Assembly (NCBI GenBank): GCA_013239625.1
Contig: MU053574.1
Location: 186,001 to 250,000, forward strand
DNA from: Lama guanicoe
Lineage: Eukaryota
Length of the DNA stretch: 64,000 nucleotides
Direction: 5' to 3'
Of the stretch, positions 13,102-26,560 are shown one piece after another; the stretch's first letter is position 1; every line of letters starts with the position of its first letter. The translations under genes and the position numbers were made by a program. The notes under the pieces were generated by a model. That model was not told the origin of the DNA and made no database searches. It worked only from the letters and a program-made list of their open reading frames with translations.

Positions 13102-14612
13102 TGTAAATACATGCTACTTTGATTAGAATTAAACCTTTACATTTCTGCTTTGACTATCACTTTCCTCTCTGAGATCAGTCTTCCTATGTGTGCATGTGTG
13201 TCCGGGCTCTCGCTCCCCCTCGATCACTTTCCAGCCGTGCTGAGAACGCACAGGATACCACTGCCCAGGCCCAGGCGGCACAGGCCGCCGGAGCCAGCGT
13301 GGTGACCGGAGATGCGGTGCTGGTGCTCACAGGCTTTCCCTGCAGGGAAGCTGCCTCTCCTGCTCCCCACGCCCTGGCTCTTGCACTCTGTGTTTAATAC
13401 CGTGTGTTCAGCGTCTGAGATTCAGGGCTGAGCACTCTGGAACGGTTGTGGAGCGCCAGCTGCTTCATCGGGGTGGGCCCGCGGAGCACCCTTAGTGCTG
13501 CCGGGCTGTCTTCCTGTAAACTTCGGAGCGTGCAGATGAAAATCTCTGCTGGGTTACTAATTACTTAGGAGCATGTACAGCGAAATTATGTTGTCTAGAA
13601 GAAAGCGTATACTTGAGCAGGTCGTGTTGTGTTAATTATTAGGGCTTTGTAGAACATTCGGCAAATACTGAAAGGTGAAAGAGGAAGAGAAACATCACCT
13701 GGAACCAGAGTTCTTTTAATTCGAATTCTTAGTGTGGTCAGACCTGTCTGTCTGTGGGCATATCCCTGAGTAGTTTTGTATCTTTTACTCATTTGAGATT
13801 ATATCCTGAGCTTTTTGAAAGCATAATTTTAAAAATCAACTTTAGTGAGACAATTTACATACAATAAAATCTATCAGTTTTTTTAAGGTTTGGCAAAAGT
13901 CACAGTCACAAAAAAGAACGGTTTGTTGCCCAGAAAGCTTCTCGTGCTCTCCGTGGTCAGTCCCCCCCTCACATCTGGCCAGCACTGATCTGCTGAAAGC
14001 ATGCTTTTTCATGGTGGTGGTGTAATTTTTCTTCTGTAGGATTTCTCTCTTTGGTCGGACTTTGGGTTATTTCTTTTCTTCTTTCTATTACAAGCCGTGC
14101 TGAGTGTTGTACATCTTGATGTATGTCTGTTTCCATAGGCTAAATCCTCAGCAGTGGGACTCTGGATCACATAGCAGGAATCCTTAGACAACTCTTTAAA
14201 TGTCCTCATGGGCCGTCTGTGGGTTTGAGACTTGCTGCACTGTGTTTCTGGTCTGGGAATGGACTAAAATCCTGAGGCTTGGATAGGAGACCTTACCTCA
14301 GCTACCTTGCAGTTTTGAGGTCTCCTTGTTCTTTGATTACCTTTGGAGCTTCCCCCTCGTGGCTGCTCTGCATGGTTTGTGTTCTATTTTGAGGCTATAC
14401 CTAGTCTTTTGTTGATGAAATTTTTGTTTCAGATTAGTTTCTGATAACTTGATATAGCCATTTTAAATAGGGAGGGTATAGTTTTGTAAAATGAATGGTT
14501 AATTCTTTATATAGTAATGTTCATTAATACTTGGGCTGGCGTGGTTCTGCCTTGTTCTTTGCTAATCATGGTTCAGTGGTTCGGCAATGGGTTAGCACTC
14601 TTAAGTGTTTGA

Positions 14613-14852
<240 letters not shown>

Positions 14853-15520
14853 TAACTTTGGTACTTATCTGCTTTACAACTTTGTCTATGGAAAGCATTG
14901 TTTTATTTTTGTTGACTTTCTTTTCCTAGAATCAGACTTAGTTTACCTCCTAGGAACTGTTTCCCAAATATTTAAAATTTGTATTTGCCTGCGTTTTTCT
15001 CCCCATTAATTTAGCCTCCAAGTTTAATTTGCAATCCCACGTCCTCGATATCCTGCATGATAGCGTGCCCGCAGCCTTGGCATGTGTCTCCAACACTTAA
15101 CAAAGAGAATGGGTTCAAGGATTTGGTTGCTAGGCTCCAGCTCATAAGGGAATCTTTCTGCTTTTTCAGACACCTTTAGTGAGCCTCTGGGCTGTCACAC
15201 TGACACGGTTTTGAATGAGTCTGGACAGTTCAGAATTAGATTCATGTAAAAGTCTAGGCTTATCTGTAGGTAGCACCCGCTGAAGTTGACATATAGGTAG
15301 TGCTTTTTCAAGTTATCCTGAAGCTTAACTAGACATCAAACCTTGTGGAACTTTACTTCCAGAGAGTGTAAGAACCTTTTCCCCAAGGGCATTAGGAGGC
15401 CCCTCAGACTTCCTAAATATAGAGAAGAAACTATTATCACACAGTCTAGAGGACCATCATTTTTATCTGAACCATCTAGAGCCACACGCTGACCCGCAAG
15501 TTCTTCCCCTTCCGGTGCAG

Positions 15521-15636
15521 GGCCTGCTGCTTCCACCCCTTACCCCGCTTCCCGGCTGCCGTCGTCGAACACACCAGGGCAGCTGCCTCGGACTCTGAGT
15601 TCCCCATCCACACGGCTGCTGACTGAGCCGCCACAG
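15521..15636 (+). CDS. TSC1: TSC1 exon 10
   Basis: tgcag|(G)PAASTPYPASRL...LSSPSTRLLTEPPQ|gtatgc, 116 nt. Confidence 0.94.
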
Positions 15637-15974
15637 GTATGCTGTCGGGTGGCGGGCCTGCTTTTCCCTCTGCCTGCTGCGGCCGCTGGCCGTTTGGGTC
15701 AGGATTTAGCACGTGGTTGGGAAGACCTCACGCTGCTCATTCCAGGAGTTAATTTTAAGAACGCATGAAATTTGCAAAAAAAGTTCCTGCTGCCACGTGG
15801 GTTTCTCTTAGTTTAGTCTTACAAAATGCAACGTGTCTTTTGATAAATCTTTTAATAAAATGCGTTTTTCTAGCCAAAAAGGCTAAATTTAAAATGGCCA
15901 TTGGTCCTGGACATGAACCGTGGGAGGCATTGGTGCTCATTCCTCACTGCTGACACGCCTCGTTAACTTCCTAG

Positions 15975-16130
<156 letters not shown>

Positions 16131-16374
16131 TGATAAGGAGCTGTCTCTTAGATCGCATGGTGAGTTTGAGAGCCACTTGCAGTAGTAAACCTATGTGTAA
16201 CACAATACAAACCTCTGGAGCTTTCAGAACATATAAAGTGAACCTAAAAAAAAAGAAAGACTGATCTGGATCCTCAGAAAATTAACTCTGGCAGCTTTCT
16301 TTGCAGTAATAGACTGAAAAAATTGGCAGTTTCTAATAGACAAGTGTGTATGTTCTGCTCTTGTCTCTGGGCAG

Positions 16375-16493
16375 GTGGAAAAGGAACTCCTCTGGGAACC
16401 CCTGCAACCTCCCCTCCTCCAGCCCCACTCTGCCATCCCGATGACTACGTGCACATTTCACTGTCGCAGGCCGCAGCCACTGCCCCCAAGAAG
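16375..16493 (+). CDS. TSC1: TSC1 exon 12
   Basis: ggcag|(G)[29 protein letters not shown]...APKK|gtatgc, 119 nt. Confidence 0.95.
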
Positions 16494-16640
16494 GTATGCC
16501 CAGGCTGGTCTGCTGCCCCCTTGCCCAGGCACAGTGACTTGCTTGCAGCCCCACTTTGGGAAGCTCATTATGCCAGATATGCCAGAATTTTGACCTAAAA
16601 TGTAATGGGTTTGAATCAGAACAATTGAAAATAGACTCAC

Positions 16641-18145
16641 CAGTAGCTCTCAGAGTGTGACCTGCTGGCTGGACCCCTGGGGTCCCAAGACCCTTTAAGG
16701 GGATGTGCTGGGCCAGAACTGCTTCCGTAGTAATGCTGAGGGGTTGTTTGCCCTCTTCACTGCGTTGGCCTTTGTGGCTGTGGCACAGAAGCAGCGGTGG
16801 GTAAAGCAGCCGGCCCCTAGTCCAGATCAGGCTCTCCCACGTTGCGTGCTTCTTCCTTCCAGTTTAACGGAAGAAAGGAAAACAACAGCCAGAAAAAAGC
16901 AACTTAAGAGTACTCTGTAGAAGGAACGCGTCCTTTAACACTGTTCATGATAAAGCAGGAACTGCACGTAAAGCACTTGTACTGCGCACCATTGCGTGGT
17001 GGTTGCCTCAGGTGCTTGTGGCGTCATTTGAGTTGAGAGCTGGACCAGTTGCTTTTTTCATGGAGCAAAGTACAACTGACTGACAAACTGGTTGTTCAGA
17101 CTAGAGTGTTTGGCAGGCAGTTAGCATCTTAAAAGACAAAATGAGTCTGTCGCTTCAGGATAAACAACTGACAGTATTTGTTGCCAGTGATAAAAGGTGA
17201 AATTGGAATATTAAAAAACTGGTATCTGCCACCGAGAGCTTGATAGCTTCCCCAGGTCTTTTATGATGAGTTGGAAAAGCCTTGTGAAGCTTGCTTAATC
17301 ATTTGAGGTTTTGATATTATGTAATGAGATGCTTCAACACCTAGAAGACCTGTGTAACTTGGTGTACCAGGGTTCTGCGTGCCCGATGTGTGCTGTGACA
17401 GAGTCACACGTGCGTAAAAGATGCATTCAGGGTGCAGGGTAGGCCATGGACCCTAACGCAGTGTAGAGAGTAACTGCTGTGTGGTTTCGGACTCTAGGTG
17501 TAACTGGCCTTGAAGAAATGACCCCTTGTCGAGTTGTGGTGTAATAGCGCAGATGGTTATTTGCAGTTATCTAAAAAGTCTGTTTACTTTTGATCACTAC
17601 TTATCCACGGAGCCTAGAGTCTTCTTCGTATACCTTAGGCAGAATAACACAGTAGAGCACAGGCAGACACGGGAATCCAGCTTTCTGCCATGAAGCCAGA
17701 TATTAAAGAGATTGCTAAAATGTACAACAGCTCCACTCTTCTCACTGAATTCATTTTATCTTTGTTTTTGGAAATACAGTTATTTTTCATAAAAATACGT
17801 CATTTATGTTCACACGTATTGGGCTTTTTATTTTTAAGTGAATAAATATTCTAAAAATTATTTGTTAATTTCTGACATAGTAACTATCAATAGATACAAC
17901 CATATAAACGAAAGTTCTTGGGATTCTCAATTGTTTTTAAGAACATAAAGGCATCCTGCTGGCGGAGGGTGCAGCTCAGTGGTAGAGCGCATGCCTGGCG
18001 TGCACAGGGTCCTGGGTTCAATCCCCAGTACCTCCATTAAAAGTAATAATAATAAATAAACCTAATTACCTCCCCTGAACAAAAATTAAAAAAATAAAAA
18101 TAGAAAGTAAAGGCATCCTGAGACAAAATAGTTTGAGAAGCACTT
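16641..18145 (+). mobile_element. hAT-Charlie (Charlie1a-like) DNA transposon, near full length, interrupted by a SINE
   Basis: Starts cagtagctctcagagtgtg...ggacccctggggtcccaagacccttt and ends gtttgagaagcact (inverted termini); internal transposase relic. Confidence 0.75.
17959..18107 (+). mobile_element. tRNA-derived SINE (camelid Vic-1-like) with 13-bp TSD
   Basis: A box agctcagtggtaga, B box ggttcaatccc, A-rich tail; TSD taaaggcatcctg at 17946-17958 and 18108-18120. Confidence 0.88.
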
Positions 18146-18269
18146 GACTAAGCTTTAAACTCCTTTGTAATATGCCAAGATTTTAGGTATTTAGGATATT
18201 TCTCTTACATTAGAGAACATGTACACGGTTTTCTGCCTTGTGATGTAAATGGTGCCTGTGTTGTTTCAG

Positions 18270-18339
18270 GAAGAGAGAGCAGATTCTGCAAGGCCCTGTC
18301 TGCATAGACAACACCATCTTCCGAATGACAGAGGATTAG
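18270..18339 (+). CDS. TSC1: TSC1 exon 13
   Basis: tttcag|[23 protein letters not shown]|gtaaaa, 70 nt. Confidence 0.95.
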
Positions 18340-18616
18340 GTAAAATCCCCGGGTAACGGTACAACTTGCTTGAATTTGATGGGTTATACGTGGAAACAAG
18401 GAAACTCTGGAACACCGCAAAACCCTGAAGCCCAGAGATAATGAAACATGTAATTAAGTCTAGAAACCAACCTAATAATAGCATCAGAAAAAGCTTTTAA
18501 GTACCTGTGTCGTGTGCTGTGGTTTCCTCTGCTCTCTGAGATGTTAAGAATGGAGAATTTCATTTTCTGTGCGATGATTTTCTGGGTACCTTCAGTTAGA
18601 TTGCTGTGCTGTTTAG

Positions 18617-18910
<294 letters not shown>

Positions 18911-19146
18911 TAGCGCCCTCGTTCCGCCCTGGCGCTGGGATTTGGTGTCAGCCTGCACAGGCTTGCTTGGTTTTTCTTCTTCTGTGGGAGGAAGATGGGA
19001 GTGTTTTTCTGGGTCCTGTGCCAGGTAAAGGCATGCTACTTTTTATCTGTCCCCCTGGGTAGCACGTGGCAGATGTGGCCCCGCACTGCCTGGCCTTACC
19101 GAGGTGACCTGCTTACTCTGGTGTCTCTTTCTCCCTCCCTCCTCAG

Positions 19147-19705
19147 CGGCAATATCTGAAGAACTGTCTGAGATCACCACGGCCGACGCTGAGCCCCTGG
19201 TCCCTCGAGGAGGCTTTGACTCTCCCTTCTACCGGGACAGTCTCCCGGGCTGTCCTCGGAAAACCCATTCGGCCGCCTCCGGTGCTCAGAGCGCCAGTGT
19301 GAACCCCGAGCCTTTAAACTCCTCCCTGGACAAGCCTGGGCCTGACACACCAAAGCAAGCCTTTACTCCCATAGACCTGCCCTGCGGAGGCGCCTCTGAG
19401 AGCCCTGCCGGGAGCCAGGAGCGCCAGCCTTCTCTGGAGACCAGCATCCTCACTCCCAGCCCTTGTAAAATTCCACCTCAGAGGGGAGTGGGGTTTGGAA
19501 GTGGGCAGCCTCCCCCGTACGATCATCTGTTTGAGGTGGCTTTGCCAAAGACTGCCCATCATTTTGTCAGCAAGAAGACCGAGGAACTACTAAAGAAAGT
19601 GAAAGGAAACGCAGAGGAAGACTACACGCCCTCTGCCTCCCCGGTGGAGGTGCTGGACAGACTGATACAGCAGGGGGCGGACGCACACAGCAAGGAGCTG
19701 AGCAG
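19147..19705 (+). CDS. TSC1: TSC1 exon 15
   Basis: ctcag|(A)[11 protein letters not shown]...[13 protein letters not shown]...AHSKELS|gtaggc, 559 nt. Confidence 0.97.
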
Positions 19706-20764
19706 GTAGGCCGCTGCGCCCCGGGGGTCCCGTTACTGTGAAGTACGGGAACCCCCCTTCACACGCTCACCAGAGGCCCCTGGTTCTCCATGTTGTCAGA
19801 AGCCCCTCTAGCCTGTCGCCTTTTCATATGCAGGATGTGTGTATGCTCTGCATGTGCACGTTAAGGGCGGGTAACTTCTTAAACCACCGTTTGAAGGAGT
19901 GTTTCACCTGTCAGCTGTTCTGTGCCCTGTGCTCTGGGGAAGCGCCAGTGTGTTCGCATTTGCCCTCTGAACACCTGAGGGTGAGACTGTGGTATTCAGA
20001 TAACACAGGAAGATCGGTCACAGTATCTCCTTCTCTGGGGACAGACTTGTTGCTCTGTCTTGGGAACAGCTCAGCCGATGCAAGATAAAGCCCTCAGCGC
20101 TTCAGTACGCGTTCAGGGTGGCCTGCCCCGGCTCTCCTCTCGCACGCATGGGTTAAGGACCCGTCTGAGACCCTGTTTTCAGCCCTTCCTTTATTACCCT
20201 TTTCAAAGGTGATCTTGGGGAGGGGTAGGGGCATCACTAACCCACAGTGAAGCCGTCTCCGAATAGGCTGTTAGGGAATGTTAGTTTTAATTTTTCTTCT
20301 GTGGAATCCCCTGAGGGGGAGTTTGGCAGATTCTGTATGTAATGTTTCAGATCTCTTTTTGAATGAAGTTTAGTGTAATAAACTCAGGTAAATTGCCTGG
20401 TTTTTCCATAACCTTGGACGACAGTAGCTTCTCAGCAGGGAGCTGCTCCGCATGTTTTCCCACAGAGAGGGCTGAGGACAGCTCTGTGTTTGGTCCCTCC
20501 GTTCCCGGGAGCGCTGACCAGGGACGCAGGCTGTGGGTGGGCTCGAGTTAGGACCCCCCCCCAGAGACGTGGGTGTGCTTAGTTGGGGCGCCCGCCGCCT
20601 CCGTCTGCTGTAAGGCTCCTCCTCTAACCTGGGTGGGCTTCAAGTTTGAGACTTTCTCGTGCCTTCGCGCTTTTGACTACAAGGAAGTGATCTGACGTTA
20701 GAAGTCCAGATAGGTTTTTCTAGGTAAGATCGGTAACTTTGTTACTCAAAACCTTCCTTCCTAG

Positions 20765-20808
20765 GTTGTCTTTACCCAGCAAGTCTGTGGACTGGACCCA
20801 CTTTGGAG
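20765..20808 (+). CDS. TSC1: TSC1 exon 16
   Basis: cctag|(R)LSLPSKSVDWTHFG|gtaaag, 44 nt. Confidence 0.96.
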
Positions 20809-21429
20809 GTAAAGTTGCTGCTTCAGCTCTGAATCTGGCCCTGAGGGTCTTGTTTGCTTGTTGCCTCTCCTTCCCTTGAAGGGGGTTCCCTGTAGGAAAC
20901 ACCTCCCTTCCGCTGCTGCTCCAGGCAGGTTATCTGCTTGGCTAAGTAGTGTCTCACGTATTGCAAAGTCAGCATTGCCTATTTCTGAAAAGTGGCAAGT
21001 ACCATGTGCTTGAGAGCCGACTTGCCAGAAGTGCGTACCTCACTGCAGGCTTCCCTAGAAAAGATCCACGTGAGGCCAGTGGTGCTGGGAGAGCTCGTGG
21101 GGGGCAGCATACCAGTGAAGCAAGGAAAGGTGTCTTCAGTGTGTGTCTATATGTGTTTCCAGGTTTGTGGGGGAAGTAAACCAAGCTCTGAAAGCATCCT
21201 CCTGCATTGTACCCCTTTGCGTTCCTTTAAAAGGAAGATAGGTGGTAAACACTGCCCCGTCCCCACTTCCCCAGTGAGTGACTGTGGCTGGGAGCCCAGC
21301 GGTCGTGTGCACAGTGAGGGTCTTGTTTCTTGAAGAATTGTTTTTTGAAGCTAACAAACCATGGGCAGGGGCTTGCTTGAAAGATATGTAAAAGGCCTCT
21401 CTGCCACCCTCCCTCTGCTTTAAAATCAG

Positions 21430-21596
21430 GCTCTCCTCCCTCAGATGAGATCCGCACCCTCCGTAACCAGTTGCTTTTACTGCACAACCAGTTACTGTAT
21501 GAGCGTTTTAAGAGGCAGCAGCACGCGCTCCGGAACCGGCGGCTGCTCCGCAAGGTGATCCGGGCGGCGGCCCTGGAGGAGCGCAACGCCGCCATG
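21430..21596 (+). CDS. TSC1: TSC1 exon 17
   Basis: atcag|(G)[39 protein letters not shown]...AAM|gtgagc, 167 nt. Confidence 0.97.
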
Positions 21597-21924
21597 GTGA
21601 GCGCCCTGCGCCGGGGCTCTTGGTTCCCTGGGTTTGGGTCAGCGTGCTGGGCGGGGAGGAGCAGCAGCTGAGTCGAGGTCAGAGCCCTTGATCTAGCTCT
21701 GCACACTCGGGGCAGGTCCCTCAGTCTCTGGGGGTAACGCGTGAATGGCCAGATCTCTGACTTTCCTGCAGCTCTTGGAAGCTGTGGGGACAAGTGATCT
21801 TGTTGTGTGTTTGTTGGTCTATAATTGGCTAAGATGATAACAGAGTCAAAAGATACTTTTGTTTCTCCAAATGTGAAACCAGCTCTCCCGAAGCAGTTTT
21901 ATGGCAAAACCTTGTAAGGCAGTG

Positions 21925-22135
21925 AAGCCAGGCAGACCAGGAGATTGACCTTGGCTCTACCGCTCACTACCTTAGGAAAGCAGTTTAGCCCCTGGGAGCC
22001 TCTGCTACCCGTTCTGTAAAGTGGGAGTAATAAGAGCAGCATCTATGTTTAACTGTGGCGGTGAAAAACCACTTCGGCAAGCGCTTGCTCAGTGCCGGCG
22101 CCGGGCAGGCCTTCAGTGAGTGTCGGTCGCTTCAG
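21925..22135 (+). mobile_element. MIR SINE
   Basis: ggctctaccgctcactaccttagg...ttctgtaaagtgggagtaataa...gcgcttgctcagtgccgg. Confidence 0.55.
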
Positions 22136-22439
22136 TGACCTGGGTCAGTACCACGCCCTTACTTCAGTGCTGGTGTTAGGACTTTTGAAAGTATCGAGAG
22201 CAGATTGATCCCTGAGGAAAGTTCTATAAGCAATTTCTGATCCATTTGCTAATGTGGAATTTGGAAACCCTTGACCAAAAGCCAAGCTAGACAGCTGTGA
22301 GCTGTCAGACTCTGGGCCTGTGTCACGGCTTCAGGGTAGCTTGTGACTGTGGGTGAAGTGCCTGCAGCATGCGTTGAACTTGAGCGTCACTGCCCATGCT
22401 GGAAGGCAGCTAAGTGATGGCATCTTTGGTCTCTGCTAG

Positions 22440-22808
<369 letters not shown>

Positions 22809-23474
22809 TAGTAGATCCAAACAATTTAGAATTTACATCCTAACAACTTAGTGCTGTTTGAAAATAATACAGGTACATCTTCTCAATTTTCAATCTCATT
22901 TTTCAATGTCAGAAATTACTTTCCAGTGCTTTCTGTGTACCTGTTGGGCACTGCAGAGCGTCTCAGGCCTTGGAATCAGATGAGACATTGATGCGCCCAT
23001 TTCCTGTTTCACACTGGTTTTCTCGTGGTGATGTTTATCACAGCAGCCACCTCAGGCCCAGCTTTGCGAAGATAATATGTATTCCACAGGGACGTGGGAC
23101 ACCTGATACTGAAACAGCTTCCTCCAGCTAGTAGTTCACACGATCACCAACAGGTGTCGCTGTGTTTCCCTCAAAATTTAATAACAGCCCCGCAGCACCC
23201 CTGTGAGTTGCTGTGTAGCCCTGGGGCTCTTTGGTGCACAGTTTGGGAGCTGCAGATCTGAGGGTTTTTTTGGTTTTTGTTTTTGTTAGTCAGGAACTCA
23301 GAAATTAAGTATAACTTACTTTTTAAAACTAAGAAGTTAGTTTTAAGCCTGGTGGCCCGAGGATAGAGCAGCTGAGGGTGCGGCTTTCCCCTTTCCCTGT
23401 GGGCCGGTGGCCACATGCACTCGTGGCCTGGCCTGATGGCGCCCTGTCATGTGACAGCACGTCTCTTTGCGTAG

Positions 23475-23585
23475 ACAAAGCTGGTGGACTGCAGGAACAT
23501 GATTGCGGAGCTGCGCGTGGAGCTGAAGAAGGCCAACAGTAAGGTGTGCCACACCGAGCTGCTGCTCAGCCAGGTTTCGCAGAAG
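23475..23585 (+). CDS. TSC1: TSC1 exon 19
   Basis: cgtag|[19 protein letters not shown]...QVSQK|gtaaga, 111 nt. Confidence 0.97.
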
Positions 23586-23679
23586 GTAAGAGGCGGGCGG
23601 GCCGGGCCTGCGCCCTCCTCCGGGTGGGCATGTGTGTTACCTGGGTGTCTGTGTCAGGGGCTCCCAGCGGGGACTGATG

Positions 23680-23835
23680 CTGCTCTCCTTCCCCAGGGGA
23701 CGTTTGGCAATATATGGAGACATTTTTGGTTGACATTTTTGATGCACTGACGTGGAGCGGGTGGGGCAAGGGTGCTCCTAAACACGGTGTGACGCGCAGA
23801 TGGCCCCGCAGCGGGCGGCTGCCCAGCCCGAGCCC
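23680..23835. mobile_element. MER20-like hAT MITE
   Basis: ccccaggggacgtttggcaatatatggagacatttttggttg resembles the MER20 consensus as recalled. Confidence 0.65.
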
Positions 23836-24283
23836 CGCCCTGGGTGTGTCCTGGGAACTCTTTTTTAATACATTGTTTACATAACTGTGAAGAGTTCGTT
23901 TGAGCTGTGTTGTTCCCCTCTTTGGGATCGATTGCACTCTTTCTAAATCACTTCTCAAGACCCAGAGGTTTTCCGTGGGGCTTCGTCCCTGGACCTGGCG
24001 TCCCGGCAGTGGTAGTTGTATACAAACTCGTCTTCCCTAGGCGCACTGGCCAGTTTTGACATGGAGCATTTGCACTCCCTCCCCTTGGCTTAGGGACGGT
24101 TTTAAAGTGCATTTCTGTCCACTTTTGTTGCCCTTGGTTGCCTTCCTCCCCACCAGCCATTGTGGTGTGGCCTTTGAAACCAGGGGAGTTGTTCATACTG
24201 CCCTCCCCCTGAAATAGCGTGCTCCTTGCTGGCTCCCCGTTTAATGTCCAGGGCTTTCTAGCTTTGTGTTGTCAGTCCTTTGA

Positions 24284-24481
<198 letters not shown>

Positions 24482-25149
24482 TAGGCAACATGTCTGTGGC
24501 ACACCACAGAGAATGGCTTTGTGAGTTGTGTCCTGAAAGATGGCGTGGCAGCTTAGTGTCTATTCCCACCTCTCCTTGGTCTGGCAGCACAGGCACTGCG
24601 CAGCTGCCACGTGAGCTTGTTTCCCTGGGCGGGCTGCTTCGGAATTAAATCAGGCACGTGTGAAAGCATCTGATAGCACTGGGTGCAGAGTGGGTGATGG
24701 AAGTGTTCTCCATCTCTTACCCAAGCCCTTCACTCTGTTTCAAGACAGACAGACAGACAACAGGAAAGGATGGGGAGCCAATTCAGTCTAACATACAGCT
24801 CTCAGGGCTGTGGGTATATACTGCTGGACATGCTTTTTTTTTAACTTTTTTTTATTGAGTTATAGTCATTTTACAGTATTGTGTCAAATTCCAGTGTAGA
24901 GCACAATTTTTCAGTTATACATGAACATACACGTATTCATTGTCACATTTTTTTTCGCTATGAGCTACCACAAGATCCTGCATTTATTTTGCTGTGACAT
25001 ACAGTACAATCTTGTTTATCTGCTCTGCATTTTAAAATCCCAGTCTGTCCCTTCCCACCCCCCACCCCCCAGGCAACCCCAAGCTTGTATTCTGTGTCTA
25101 TGAGTCTGTTTCTGTTTTGTATTTATGTTTGTTTGTTTGTTTGTTTGTT

Positions 25150-25518
25150 TTAGATTCCACATATGAGCGATCTCATATGGTATTTTTCTCTCTCTTTCTG
25201 GCTTACTTCACTTAGAATGACCTTCTCCAGGAGCGTCCATGTTGTTGCAAATGGCGTTATGTTGTCGGTTTTTGTTGCTGAATGGTATTCCATCTTATAA
25301 ATATACCACAGCTTCTTTATCCAGTCATCTGTTGATGGACATTTGGGCTGTTTCCATGTCTTGGCTATTGTAAATAGTGCTGCTGTGAACATTGGGGTGC
25401 AGGTGTCATTTTGAAGTAGGGTTCCTTCTGGATATATGCCCAGGAGCGGGATTCTTGGGTCATATGGTAAGTCTATTCCTAGTCTTTTGAGGAATCTCCA
25501 TACTGTTTTCCACAGTGG
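25150..25518 (-). pseudogene. L1 ORF2p extreme C-terminal remnant
   Basis: Reads PLWKTVWRFLKRLGIDLPYDPRIPLLGIYP...MFTAALFTIAKTWKQPKCPS...SLICGI*, the canonical L1 ORF2 tail. Confidence 0.92.
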
Positions 25519-25661
25519 CTTTCCTTGCCTCCCTCTCCCACTCTTAATGATTTAGATGTCTTCTTTTACAATTTTGTGTTTATTCTTTTTGTAATTCATG
25601 GCAGTTATCTCCTTTCCAGTTATGAGTTTCTCATTTTTGTAGCATCCTGCTTCTTTTCTAT

Positions 25662-26560
25662 TTAGAGTAGACCTGACAGTTTTTCTTTTAGCATGGGTTT
25701 AGTGTTGCTAAACTCTTTTTAGTTTTTGCTTGTCTGTGAAGTTCTTTATCTCTCCTTCTAAAGGGTAGCCTTGCTGGATAAAGTATCCTAGGCTGCATCT
25801 TTTTTTCATTCAGGACTTTGAATATATCTTGCCACTCCCTTCTGGCCTGTAGTGTTTGTGTAGAGAAATCAGCTAAGAGCCTTATGGGGGTTCCCTTGTA
25901 ATTCACTCTTTGCTTTTCTCTTGCTGCCTTTAGAATCATTTCTTTATCCTTGACTCTGGCCATCTTGATTATGATATGTCTTGGTGTGGGTCTATTTGGG
26001 TTCTTCTTGTTTGGGACTCTCTGTGCCCCCTGTACTTGGATATCTGATTCCTTCTTTAGGTTTGGGAAGTTTTCAGTCATGATTTCTTCAAATACCTCTT
26101 CAGTCCCCTTTGTTCTTTCTTCCCCTTCTGGAACCCATATTATGTGTAGATTGGCATGCTTTATATTATCCCATAGGTCCCTTATATTGTTTTCATTGTT
26201 TTTTATTTGTTTTTCTCTGAGCTGTTCTGATTGGGTGCTTTCTGTTGTCCTGTCTTTTAGGTCACTTATTCGTTCCTCTGCATCATCTAGCCTGCTTTGC
26301 ACAGCCTTTAGGTCAGCTCTCATCTCAGCAAATGAGTTTACTAATTCTACTTGGTTCTTCTTTATAGCTTCTATTTCATTTTTGACATATTTTATATCTC
26401 TAAACACTATTTCTTTTAGTTCCTTCAGTACTTTGATCACTCCTTTTTTGAAATCTTGATCTAGTAGGCCGTCAATGTCTATTTCCTTGATTGTGCTTTC
26501 AGGGGATTTCTCTTGATCTTTTAATTGGGAGTGGTTCTTCTGCTTCTTCATATTGCTCAT
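25662..26560 (-). pseudogene. L1 ORF1p (coiled coil-RRM-CTD), frameshifted near the C-terminus
   Basis: 290-aa ORF with L1 ORF1 motifs (LWDNIK, ENFPNL, RPTPRHIIIK, ARREW, ILYPARL). A small deletion near 25760 and an extra A near 25718 shift the last ~30 codons; inferred ancestral stop ~25662. Confidence 0.9.

Noticed and set aside
17961..18035. tRNA-like sequence with A and B boxes
   Set aside because: It continues into a SINE body and A-rich tail, is bounded by a TSD, and has two more diverged copies in the window. It is a SINE, not a tRNA gene.
25950..26459. 169-aa hydrophobic plus-strand ORF
   Set aside because: It is the antisense shadow of the A-rich L1 ORF1.
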